From positions 1-55,654 of the forward strand of contig CAINYB010000014.1 of the NCBI GenBank assembly GCA_903855135.1: a stretch of DNA of 55,654 nt, in the 5' to 3' direction. Below are positions 20,365-28,202 of this stretch, piece after piece (the first letter of the stretch is position 1; the number at the start of each line of letters is the position of its first letter). The translations under genes and the position numbers were made by a program. The notes beneath the pieces are model-generated. The model searched no databases and was not told where the DNA came from. It saw only the letters and a list, made by a program, of their open reading frames with translations. This DNA is from an uncultured bacterium. GTDB lineage: Bacteria; Patescibacteriota; Patescibacteriia; UBA1558; GWA2-36-10.

Positions 20365-21108
20365 ATGAAAAAGATTGAACTGATCGGCCTAGAGAATATC
20401 CCCTTGGTAAACAAGGGTGACGATTTGGGTCGGTTAATCATCAAGTCCGCTGTTGAACAGGGGATTGATTTTCGTCAGGGAGACATCGTCGCTGTTGCTC
20501 AGAAAATCGTTTCGAAAGCAGAGGGGCGAACCGTTGATTTGGCGATGATCGAACCATCTGTTCAGGCTCGTGAGCTTGCTGGTCAAACTGGTCGTGACCC
20601 TCGGCTCTGCCAGGTCTATTTGAATGAGTCGAGTGCTGTTCTGCGGATCAAGGGGCGAATGATTATTACGCGTCACAAGTTGGGATTTGAATGTTCCAGC
20701 GCGGGCGTAGATCGTTCAAATGTCGCTCCTCACGCAGCGGGCATCGTTGTGTTGTTGCCTGAAGATCCTGACGAAAGCGCTCGTAAAATTCGCCAGGCCA
20801 TTCGTGATCGTTTTAGAGTCACTGTCTCTGTGGTGATCACAGATTCACTTGGTCGTCATGATCGAGAAGGATCAATTGGTTTGGCGATTGGCGTGGCGGG
20901 GATTAGCCCCATAGAGGTCAGGCATCAACAAGATCTTTATGGCAATGAGGCTAAAACTGGCATTGCCATCGTTGATGAAGCATCAGCAGCAGCTTCCTTG
21001 ATCATGGGTCAGGCGGATGAGAATCTGCCGGTGGTCGTGGTCAGGGGCGTTCGCTATACCGTGGACGATCAAGCGTCAATCCAACAACTTCTGATTTTGG
21101 GAGACTGA
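20365..21108 (+). CDS. CofE-family (F420-0:gamma-glutamyl ligase-like) protein
   Basis: IPLVNKGDDL, AQKIVSKAEGR, AGVDRSN, LPEDPDESAR, ITDSLGR, MGQADENLPVVVVRG; ATG 20365 preferred. Confidence 0.88.
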   Translation: MKKIELIGLENIPLVNKGDDLGRLIIKSAVEQGIDFRQGDIVAVAQKIVSKAEGRTVDLAMIEPSVQARELAGQTGRDPRLCQVYLNESSAVLRIKGRMIITRHKLGFECSSAGVDRSNVAPHAAGIVVLLPEDPDESARKIRQAIRDRFRVTVSVVITDSLGRHDREGSIGLAIGVAGISPIEVRHQQDLYGNEAKTGIAIVDEASAAASLIMGQADENLPVVVVRGVRYTVDDQASIQQLLILGD

Positions 21109-21110
21109 TC

Positions 21111-22337
21111 ATGAATTTCTTGACTTTGAACAGAGGTTGCTTGGATCCTAATGAGCAACCATTCGAGATCGTCGAAAGGAAGGGTTTGGGTCATCCCGAT
21201 TCTTTGGCCGACGGTCTGGCTGACGCTATTTCAATTGCCTATTCCAAATACTGTTTGGATAGGTTTGGTGTGGTGCCGCATCACAACTTGGACAAGGTCT
21301 ACATCGGTGGTGGGCATTTTCTGCGAGACTACGGTTCTCGGACGATGCTCGCGCCGATTCAGCTCATCGTGAATGGTCGGATCAGTAATTCGATGGATGG
21401 ATCGGAAATTGATGTTCAGAGTATTCAGCGTGAAGCTGCCTCTGAATTTCTCGCGCCTTTGATGCCGCATTTGGATGTCGAACAGCACCTGGAGATACAT
21501 CCGAATGCAACGCAACATACGCAACGGGATTTCTGGTTTTCTCCTCGATCACGAGAAGACCTTCACGAGTTGTCTCGTCTCAAGGCAAACGACACGTCTC
21601 TGTGCGTTGCTTATGCGCCTTTGTCTGTTTGCGAACTTTTAACCATTGTCTTAGAGCAAGCCTTCTGGAATGTTCAAGAAGATGGGGGTAGGGTTCCTCG
21701 TTGGACTGACATCGGGCAAGATATCAAAGTGATGGTTCTGCGTAACGGCAGACAGATTGATGTCACGGTTTGTGCGCCTTTCATGAGCAACTCCATGAGT
21801 TTTTATGAGTATTACCTCCAACGTGTATCCGAGACTGAGTCCTTGTTGCAACAACTCGCAGAGAGTGTCGTTGGCAACAAGTATCAGGTCAAGGTGGAGG
21901 TGAATACTGCGGGCCGTCTTTACATGCTTGGTGTGGGTAGCTGCATTGAGTGTGGTGAAGAAGGCATCGTTGGACGAGGCAATTCCTCTGGAGGTTTCAT
22001 CGCCGCTGGCAGGCCTCATTCCATGGAAGCTGCTTTCGGGAAGAATCCGGTCTATCACACTGGGCGTGTTCTGGGATATCTGACGCAGAAGTTGGCTTGG
22101 GCCATCTATCGTCAGACTGGCGTTCCCAATGTCATTCACGCCTTGACGATCAACGGTGGAGGCTTGGTTCCTCCGGATAGATTGGTGATTAGTACGGCTC
22201 AGGAAGTTTCTCGTACAGCGATCGCTGATATTGTTGAGCGAGAATTTCTGAACACTGATTACCTTTCTGAGGTTTTGCGAATGCCGGCGGTATTCAGAGC
22301 TCTGAATTTCGTCGCTCAAGATCTGCAAAGGAGGTGA
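21111..22337 (+). CDS. Archaeal-type methionine adenosyltransferase (SAM synthetase) homolog
   Basis: EIVERKGLGHPDSLAD, HHNLD, ANDTS, GQDIKVM, VGRGN, SMEAAFGKNPVYHTG. Confidence 0.9.
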   Translation: MNFLTLNRGCLDPNEQPFEIVERKGLGHPDSLADGLADAISIAYSKYCLDRFGVVPHHNLDKVYIGGGHFLRDYGSRTMLAPIQLIVNGRISNSMDGSEIDVQSIQREAASEFLAPLMPHLDVEQHLEIHPNATQHTQRDFWFSPRSREDLHELSRLKANDTSLCVAYAPLSVCELLTIVLEQAFWNVQEDGGRVPRWTDIGQDIKVMVLRNGRQIDVTVCAPFMSNSMSFYEYYLQRVSETESLLQQLAESVVGNKYQVKVEVNTAGRLYMLGVGSCIECGEEGIVGRGNSSGGFIAAGRPHSMEAAFGKNPVYHTGRVLGYLTQKLAWAIYRQTGVPNVIHALTINGGGLVPPDRLVISTAQEVSRTAIADIVEREFLNTDYLSEVLRMPAVFRALNFVAQDLQRR

Positions 22338-23278
22338 TTACATTGGATCAATACAAGTGTGCCGTTATCTCTGGAGGAGTTTCGGTAAACTTCGCCAGTG
22401 ACATGCCACTTCTTGAACTGTTTAACCAATCTGGTTACACTAGGCATTTCCCGGATTTTCATTGCGTCGATCAGCACCTGTCAACACCCTATCTGGTTCA
22501 TTACCGAAACAGAGAAGAGATGACAGTCGAATACAGCGGATCGACAGCAATTCTGAACTTCCCTTGGGAATTGATGAGAAAGGGCGAAACGATTCTGTAT
22601 GCAGCCTATCCCTTTGTCGAACGTCAGTTGCAAGGACTCGGCATCGTAACGGCTCATGCTGCTGCAGTTACGTTTGGTCAGGATGGAATCATGATCATCG
22701 GTAAGATTGGTGCTGGTAAGACTTCTACTGCCATGGAATTGTGCAGGAAGCGTGGCGCCAAGCTCATTGCCAATGATTTGTGTTTGGTCGGTGGTGAAGA
22801 TGAATGTCGAATTGTGGGAGGAACGAAAGACTTCCATGTCCGACTGGAATCTGCTCGACGTAACCTACCTGATCTGGTTCCTTTTTTCTCTGAACGTCCT
22901 GGCCTCGATTCCTGGTCGAACAAGGTTGTCTTTGACCCAGTCAAACTTGGCATTCAACTGCAAGACGAACCCGTGCCCTTACGCAAGGTGGTGCTTGTTC
23001 ACGTTGATCAAAGCCAGAAACGTTTAACGGTTCAACCGAAGAGCGATTTGGTTTTGCGACTATTGTTGAACGAGAACTTCTCGCGTTACATCAGGTCCAC
23101 AACCACAACCTTACTGGGTGGTGATTCCTATGATCTTCTGGGGTACATTCCTTCGATGGATTCCCCAGAGCTTTTCGAGAGACGTAGAAGGCTCATCAAC
23201 CATATCCTCGTTGATGTGGGAGTAGTCTATGTTTCCGGTAAGGTGGAGGAAGTGGTCGATGCGGTTGCTCGACTTTAG
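22334..23278 (+). CDS. HPr kinase-related P-loop kinase
   Basis: HAAAV, GKIGAGKTS, LIANDL; GTGA overlap with the upstream stop; SD AAGGAG. Confidence 0.7.
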   Translation: MITLDQYKCAVISGGVSVNFASDMPLLELFNQSGYTRHFPDFHCVDQHLSTPYLVHYRNREEMTVEYSGSTAILNFPWELMRKGETILYAAYPFVERQLQGLGIVTAHAAAVTFGQDGIMIIGKIGAGKTSTAMELCRKRGAKLIANDLCLVGGEDECRIVGGTKDFHVRLESARRNLPDLVPFFSERPGLDSWSNKVVFDPVKLGIQLQDEPVPLRKVVLVHVDQSQKRLTVQPKSDLVLRLLLNENFSRYIRSTTTTLLGGDSYDLLGYIPSMDSPELFERRRRLINHILVDVGVVYVSGKVEEVVDAVARL

Positions 23279-23325
23279 CCAAGATTGGCTTCATTCGTTG
23301 AAAAGTGTCCACAAACGTGGACAAG

Positions 23326-23357
23326 GACCGCGGTTGACAAAACTGCGGTCTTTTTTT
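23326..23357 (+). terminator. Intrinsic terminator ending the high-GC triad
   Basis: GACCGCGGTT-GACAA-AACTGCGGTC followed by T7. Confidence 0.85.
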
Positions 23358-23362
23358 ATAAT
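23334..23362 (+). promoter_or_regulatory. Consensus sigma70 promoter embedded in the terminator
   Basis: TTGACA (23334-39), 17 nt, TATAAT (23357-62). Confidence 0.8.
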
Positions 23363-23421
23363 TATACAAATTCATCATATAACATATTTTGGTCTAAATT
23401 AATCAGAATATAAATAAATAT

Positions 23422-24561
23422 ATGAAAGTGTGCGTTGGAATACCTTCCTACAATGAAGCGGATAGAATATCTTTTGTGGTTTCACAAATTGATAAAGGTT
23501 TGAAGTTGTTGCGTGAAAATTTTCCACAAATTAATGATTGTGTAATTTTGAATGCAGATAGTTGCAGTAGTGATGATACTATAAAGAGATTTAATAACAC
23601 AGACACTTTATTTATAAAAGATTCAGTTTTAACTAAGGGTGAACCAGGCAAGGGCAAGAACGTCCTTGCTATTTTAAAATACGCTTTAGAAAATTCTTGT
23701 GATGTGGTTCTGACTATTGATGCGGACTTAGAAAGTATTACGCCAGATTGGATGTTAAAATTTACGGAATTAGTAATAAACAAAAAAGCAGATTTTGTTT
23801 ATCCGGAATATAAACGTAACAGGTTTGAAGGTAGCACAACGAATCATCTGGCATATCCTTTAATTTATGCTCATTTTGGTAAAGACATTAGACAGCCAAT
23901 TGGTGGAGATTTTGCCATGAGTTCAGAATATGCTCAATACATATTAGAACAGCAAGTGCCAATAGACGCTTATAAGTTTGGTATAGATATTTTTTTATCT
24001 ATGAATGCGGCTAGTGGAGAATTTGTTGTTCAGGCTGCTTAATTAGGTAAGAAAATACATAAACCAAGTTTTCCAAGAATGAGAGAAATGTTTCCACAAG
24101 TTGCATCTGCTGCGCTGGAGACTTTACTTCTACATAAGAGATCTTTAAAATTTGATGACGTTGATAAATCAGATATTAATATAACAGATAAATCAATTTT
24201 TTCGCATTCTAAAGAAGCAAAAATGATCTTAGAAGAAGAGTTAGGTAAATGCTCTAAAGATTTTTTAAGTTCACTCAAATGGTTGGATGAGCGAACTTTA
24301 CTTAATTTACAAGCTATTTTACCAAAGAATCATTTGAAGTTTGATTCTAGTCATTGGGTTAATGTTTTAGGAGATTGGGTTTCTTTTGCTTCGAACAATT
24401 CAATAATGGATATGCAAAACTATTCTCAGGAACTTTTACCATTTTTTGTAATTAGAGCTGTAAACTTTTGGAATGAAAGTAAAAATAAAACAGCTAATTG
24501 GGTCGAAAATGAAATTCGTATGCAGGCTTTAGATTTAAAAAAATATTTTGATCATAAATAA
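23422..24561 (+). pseudogene. GT-A glycosyltransferase (mannosyl-/glucosylglycerate synthase-like) split by an in-frame TAA at 24040-24042
   Basis: VGIPSYNE, GKG, IDADL, IRQPIGGDF, FGIDI; same frame continues QAA*LGKKIHKPSFPRMREMFPQV. Confidence 0.8.
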
Positions 24562-24563
24562 TT

Positions 24564-25421
24564 ATGTATTTTTCAGTTTTATTAGGAAATCCAGTTGAAC
24601 ATAGTATTTCTCCAAAATTATTTTCTCTTTTAGCAGATGATTTGGGGATTGAGTATGCTCACATAAAAATGAATGTTCCATCTAAAAATAAATTACCAGT
24701 ATTTTTGAACAGCTTAAAAAACATTGGTTGTTATGGAATTAATATAACTTTACCTTATAAAATAGCCATTATGGGCCATGTTGATGCTATTGAGAAAGAA
24801 GCTAAGCAAATGGGGGCGGTGAATGCTATTTATTTTAAGAATGGGAAATTTATTGGTTTTAATGCAGATGCTCCCGCTGCTTTAATGGCGATTGAAAAGA
24901 AATTGAAAACAATCACAGCTAGAGATAAAGTTTTAATTTTAGGTGCCGGTGGGGCTGGTAGAGCAATTGCTTTTGAGATCAGAAAAAGAACTTCTCATAT
25001 TATTATTGTAGATAAAGAAATTAAGAAGGCAAAGGAATTGTCTGACAATTTAGAGAAATCAAATAATATCTTATATAAGAAATTTAATAATAAAGATATA
25101 ATTTCTTTAATTAAAGATTCTGATTACATCATTAACGCTAGTCCAGTGGGCATGACTCCGAACATTGATGGTATTCCTGTAGATTTTTCTTCTATAAAAT
25201 CTCTAAAGGGTAAGTATTTTTTTGATGCAATATTCAATCCTTATGAAACTAAATTTTTAAAATTAGCAAAGAAAAAAGGAGCAATGACCTGTTCTGGTAT
25301 GTACATGATGATTTTCCAAGCAGCTTATGTTTTAGAAAAATGGATCAATAGAAAAGTTAAAATTAATGACTTGGAAAAAATTAATAGTATTTTGATAGAT
25401 TATTTAAAAAATCATGCATAA
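24564..25421 (+). CDS. Shikimate dehydrogenase family protein (AroE-like)
   Basis: GNPVEHSISP, NITLPYK, GAVN, GFNAD, LGAGGAGRA, INASPVGM. Confidence 0.88.
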   Translation: MYFSVLLGNPVEHSISPKLFSLLADDLGIEYAHIKMNVPSKNKLPVFLNSLKNIGCYGINITLPYKIAIMGHVDAIEKEAKQMGAVNAIYFKNGKFIGFNADAPAALMAIEKKLKTITARDKVLILGAGGAGRAIAFEIRKRTSHIIIVDKEIKKAKELSDNLEKSNNILYKKFNNKDIISLIKDSDYIINASPVGMTPNIDGIPVDFSSIKSLKGKYFFDAIFNPYETKFLKLAKKKGAMTCSGMYMMIFQAAYVLEKWINRKVKINDLEKINSILIDYLKNHA

Positions 25422-27228
25422 AATTTCAATTATTAATGATGAAATTTCTCAAGACATCAATGATGTTATCAAATTTTGTAAAAATAATAATCTTGATGTC
25501 ATAGAATTAAGATCAATTAATGGTAAAAATTTAATTGACCATGATTTTACTTTTCTAAAAAAAATTGCCAAAAAACTTTTAGCAAATAACATAGATGTGA
25601 TCAGTATAGCATCGCCAATTCTGAAATGGAAAAATGAGAAAAAGCATACCATTACTAAAGATGTTAGAATGCATAATTTTTCCGGAAAGAGTACTAACTA
25701 TGAAAAAGTTTTTGAGATTTCGAAAGTATTTAACGCCAAGTATATTAGGATTTTTTCTTATCTCAAATATGATAATTTCAAAATTGATGATTTAGATAAA
25801 GATTTTGAACAATTAATTAGCTTAGCTAAAGAGTATAAAGTAAAATTATTGTTGGAGAATGAGCCAGTTTGTAATATAGACACAATTGATAAATTAGAAA
25901 AAGTTATTAAACGTTTTAATAATCCATATCTAAAAATTTTATTAGACATTGGAAATTTATATGAAATGGACTTTTCAGTGTCTAAATTGGATATTAGTAA
26001 AATTGTTGATTCCATTGAATATCTTCATATCAAGGATTTTTCAACAAAAGAAAAAATTTATAAGATTTTAGGAGAAGGGGACATAAATTACAAAAAACAT
26101 ATCTCTGATTTATTGGAATTATCTTCTAAAAAGAATTTTGTATTTTCTTTGGAGACTCATACTAAGGAAAATAAATATAAGAACTCTGAACAATCGTACA
26201 TAAATTTAAAAAAAATAATCAAAACAAAGAAAAATATAAAATATGGAATTATTGGCTGTGGTAGAGTTTTTGCTAAACACGCTAAATCTATAAAATATAC
26301 GGAAAATGCTTTTTTAGACGGAGTTTATGATATTGATAAAGTAAAATCAAAAAGTGCTGCAAAGGAATTTGATTGTAGTTTTTTTTCAGATTTAAATGAA
26401 TTGATAACTAACGTAGATGTTGTTAATATTTGTACCCCTCACAATACCCATGTTGGTTTGATTACATCTGTTTTAAAGGCAAACAAAAAATGTCTTTGTG
26501 AAAAACCGGTAGTATTAAATGACAAAGAATACAAAACAATTATTAAGATAAAAAATAGCAAAAAGAATTTATTTGTTGTTTACCAGAATAGATTTAATCA
26601 AGCCATTCAAAAAATTGATGAGCTGATTAAGAAGAATGCATTAGGAAAACCTTTGTACATTTTTGGCAATGTCCGTTGGTTTAGACCAATAGATTATTAT
26701 AAAAATAATTGGCAAGGCACAATTAAAAAAGAGGGTGGAATTTTATTTAATCAGGGTATACATTTGATTGATATCTTAATGCGTTTTGGCAAAATAAGTA
26801 ATCACAAGAACATTAAGATAAAAGATGCTGTAAAGAGAAAAATTTATCATAAAAAAATAGAAACTGAAGATATGTTTGTTTCTCATTTCGAAGCAAATAA
26901 GATTCTTTTTAATTTGGAAGTTACCGTTTCTTCTATTCCTGAAAATTTAGAGAGTTCTATTTTTATTATTTTTGAAAAAGGTTCGATTTTAGTATCTGGT
27001 GATGCGTTGAATGAGCTGAAATTTGTGAAAACTCCATATTTTTCCACGGATTCATTTGTCGAAAATATTCGTGATGTTTATGGTAATGGTCATAGAAAAT
27101 TAGTAGAGTCTCTTACAAATTATTTATTAAATAATACTGTGGATGATAAATTAACTCATTTTGAAGAAGCTTATCAAAGAGTAGCCTTTATTAATAAATT
27201 ATATGAACATGAAAAAACCAATCGTTAA
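25414..27228 (+). CDS. Fusion of xylose isomerase-like TIM barrel (sugar phosphate isomerase/epimerase) and Gfo/Idh/MocA oxidoreductase
   Basis: LLENE, LDIGN, LHIKD, GEGDI, SLETH; then GIIGCGRV, ICTPHNTH, LCEKP, QNRFN, NQGIHLID. Confidence 0.85.
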   Translation: MHKISIINDEISQDINDVIKFCKNNNLDVIELRSINGKNLIDHDFTFLKKIAKKLLANNIDVISIASPILKWKNEKKHTITKDVRMHNFSGKSTNYEKVFEISKVFNAKYIRIFSYLKYDNFKIDDLDKDFEQLISLAKEYKVKLLLENEPVCNIDTIDKLEKVIKRFNNPYLKILLDIGNLYEMDFSVSKLDISKIVDSIEYLHIKDFSTKEKIYKILGEGDINYKKHISDLLELSSKKNFVFSLETHTKENKYKNSEQSYINLKKIIKTKKNIKYGIIGCGRVFAKHAKSIKYTENAFLDGVYDIDKVKSKSAAKEFDCSFFSDLNELITNVDVVNICTPHNTHVGLITSVLKANKKCLCEKPVVLNDKEYKTIIKIKNSKKNLFVVYQNRFNQAIQKIDELIKKNALGKPLYIFGNVRWFRPIDYYKNNWQGTIKKEGGILFNQGIHLIDILMRFGKISNHKNIKIKDAVKRKIYHKKIETEDMFVSHFEANKILFNLEVTVSSIPENLESSIFIIFEKGSILVSGDALNELKFVKTPYFSTDSFVENIRDVYGNGHRKLVESLTNYLLNNTVDDKLTHFEEAYQRVAFINKLYEHEKTNR

Positions 27229-27877
27229 AGTTTTGATACCAGGGATACCTTTAAAAACTAAATTTGGCGGTTTAGGTTATTGTAGTATTGTTTTGATAAT
27301 TGATGGCGATAAAAGAATATTATTCGATACAGGGCACTATAGTGTAAGGAACAATATATTAAAATATATTAAGTTGTACAAAATCAATACTTTATTTTTA
27401 TCACATTTACATTTTGATCATTGTTTAAATGCTGATTTATTTTCAGAGTTTAATATAGACATATATGTGCATCAAAAAGAATTAGATCGTTTGAAATCAA
27501 AGAAAATCTCTGATGTGTATACTTTTTATTTTTTTAATCAAATTGTTAAAAATAAAAAAATTAAAATTTTCAAGAAATCTTTTTATCTATCACCAAATGT
27601 TTTAGCGATTGAGACTCCTGGCCATACTTCTGGGCATTCTTCTCTTGTTGTTAATAATTTAAATAAGTCATTTATTATAGCCGGAGACGCTTTAAAAACT
27701 TATAAAGATTTTACATCTAAAACAAAAAAGAATGATAAAACAGCAGAGGATCAAGTGCAAATGAGAAGGACTTTAGAATATATAAAAGACAATTTTGATA
27801 TTATTATTCCAGGACATGATGTTATGATAGAAAATGGCAAAAGAGTCAAGTCTAATGCTGATTTTTTTGAGTTTTAA
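27209..27877 (+). CDS. Metallo-beta-lactamase fold hydrolase
   Basis: LFDTG, SHLHFDHC, TPGHTSGH, AGDA, IPGHD. Confidence 0.9.
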   Translation: MKKPIVKVLIPGIPLKTKFGGLGYCSIVLIIDGDKRILFDTGHYSVRNNILKYIKLYKINTLFLSHLHFDHCLNADLFSEFNIDIYVHQKELDRLKSKKISDVYTFYFFNQIVKNKKIKIFKKSFYLSPNVLAIETPGHTSGHSSLVVNNLNKSFIIAGDALKTYKDFTSKTKKNDKTAEDQVQMRRTLEYIKDNFDIIIPGHDVMIENGKRVKSNADFFEF

Positions 27878-28004
27878 AACTCCTTTTTGTACTGTCGCAT
27901 TTGTCGCATTTTGACCTACTGAGATACTTAATTTTAGATTTATAAATCCATCTTAAAACCCTTGTAAACTTTGTTATATTTTGGTTCTAGACCGACTGAC
28001 ACTG

Positions 28005-28052
28005 CCACTCGACTCATCTCGCTTTAGCGAGATTCGCTCGTGGCCTTCGGCC
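28005..28052. repeat. CCACTCGA..CTCGTGG hairpin element related to the tRNA-Thr trailer
   Basis: CCACTCGACTC-ATCTCGCT TT AGCGAGAT-TCGCTCGTGG, then GGCCTTCGGCC. Confidence 0.65.
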
Positions 28053-28202
28053 GTGAGATTAAGTCGTTTTAGTGGAGAAAATATATAGTAAAGACAAATG
28101 CACCTTATTGGGTGTTTTTTGTTTTGAAAAATTATATTTTAATATACAAACAATGTTTTAAGTGTTATAATATGTGTATATTAATATTTATTTCTAAAAT
28201 TT

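Larger units (their letters stand above)
19418..28007. mobile_element. Putative degenerate genomic island at tRNA-Trp (no integrase seen)
   Basis: GC shifts (~50% then ~25%); accessory enzymes; tRNA 3' end-like remnant at 27983-28007. Confidence 0.55.

Noticed and set aside
20365-21108. F420 biosynthesis operon
   Set aside because: No cofC, cofD, cofG or cofH in the window; only the ligase family is supported
21651-22328. 225 aa antisense ORF and other short shadow ORFs in the track
   Set aside because: Lie opposite or within well-supported genes, lack motifs, and are expected in higher-GC DNA
24040-24042. Stop-codon reassignment or selenocysteine readthrough
   Set aside because: The codon is TAA, the main terminator for genes in this window; known CPR recoding concerns TGA
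24564-25421. Functional shikimate pathway (aroE as housekeeping gene)
   Set aside because: No other aro genes nearby and it sits in a sugar-modifying accessory operon, so no symbol assigned
19418-28007. Intact prophage or ICE
   Set aside because: No integrase, transposase, phage or conjugation genes
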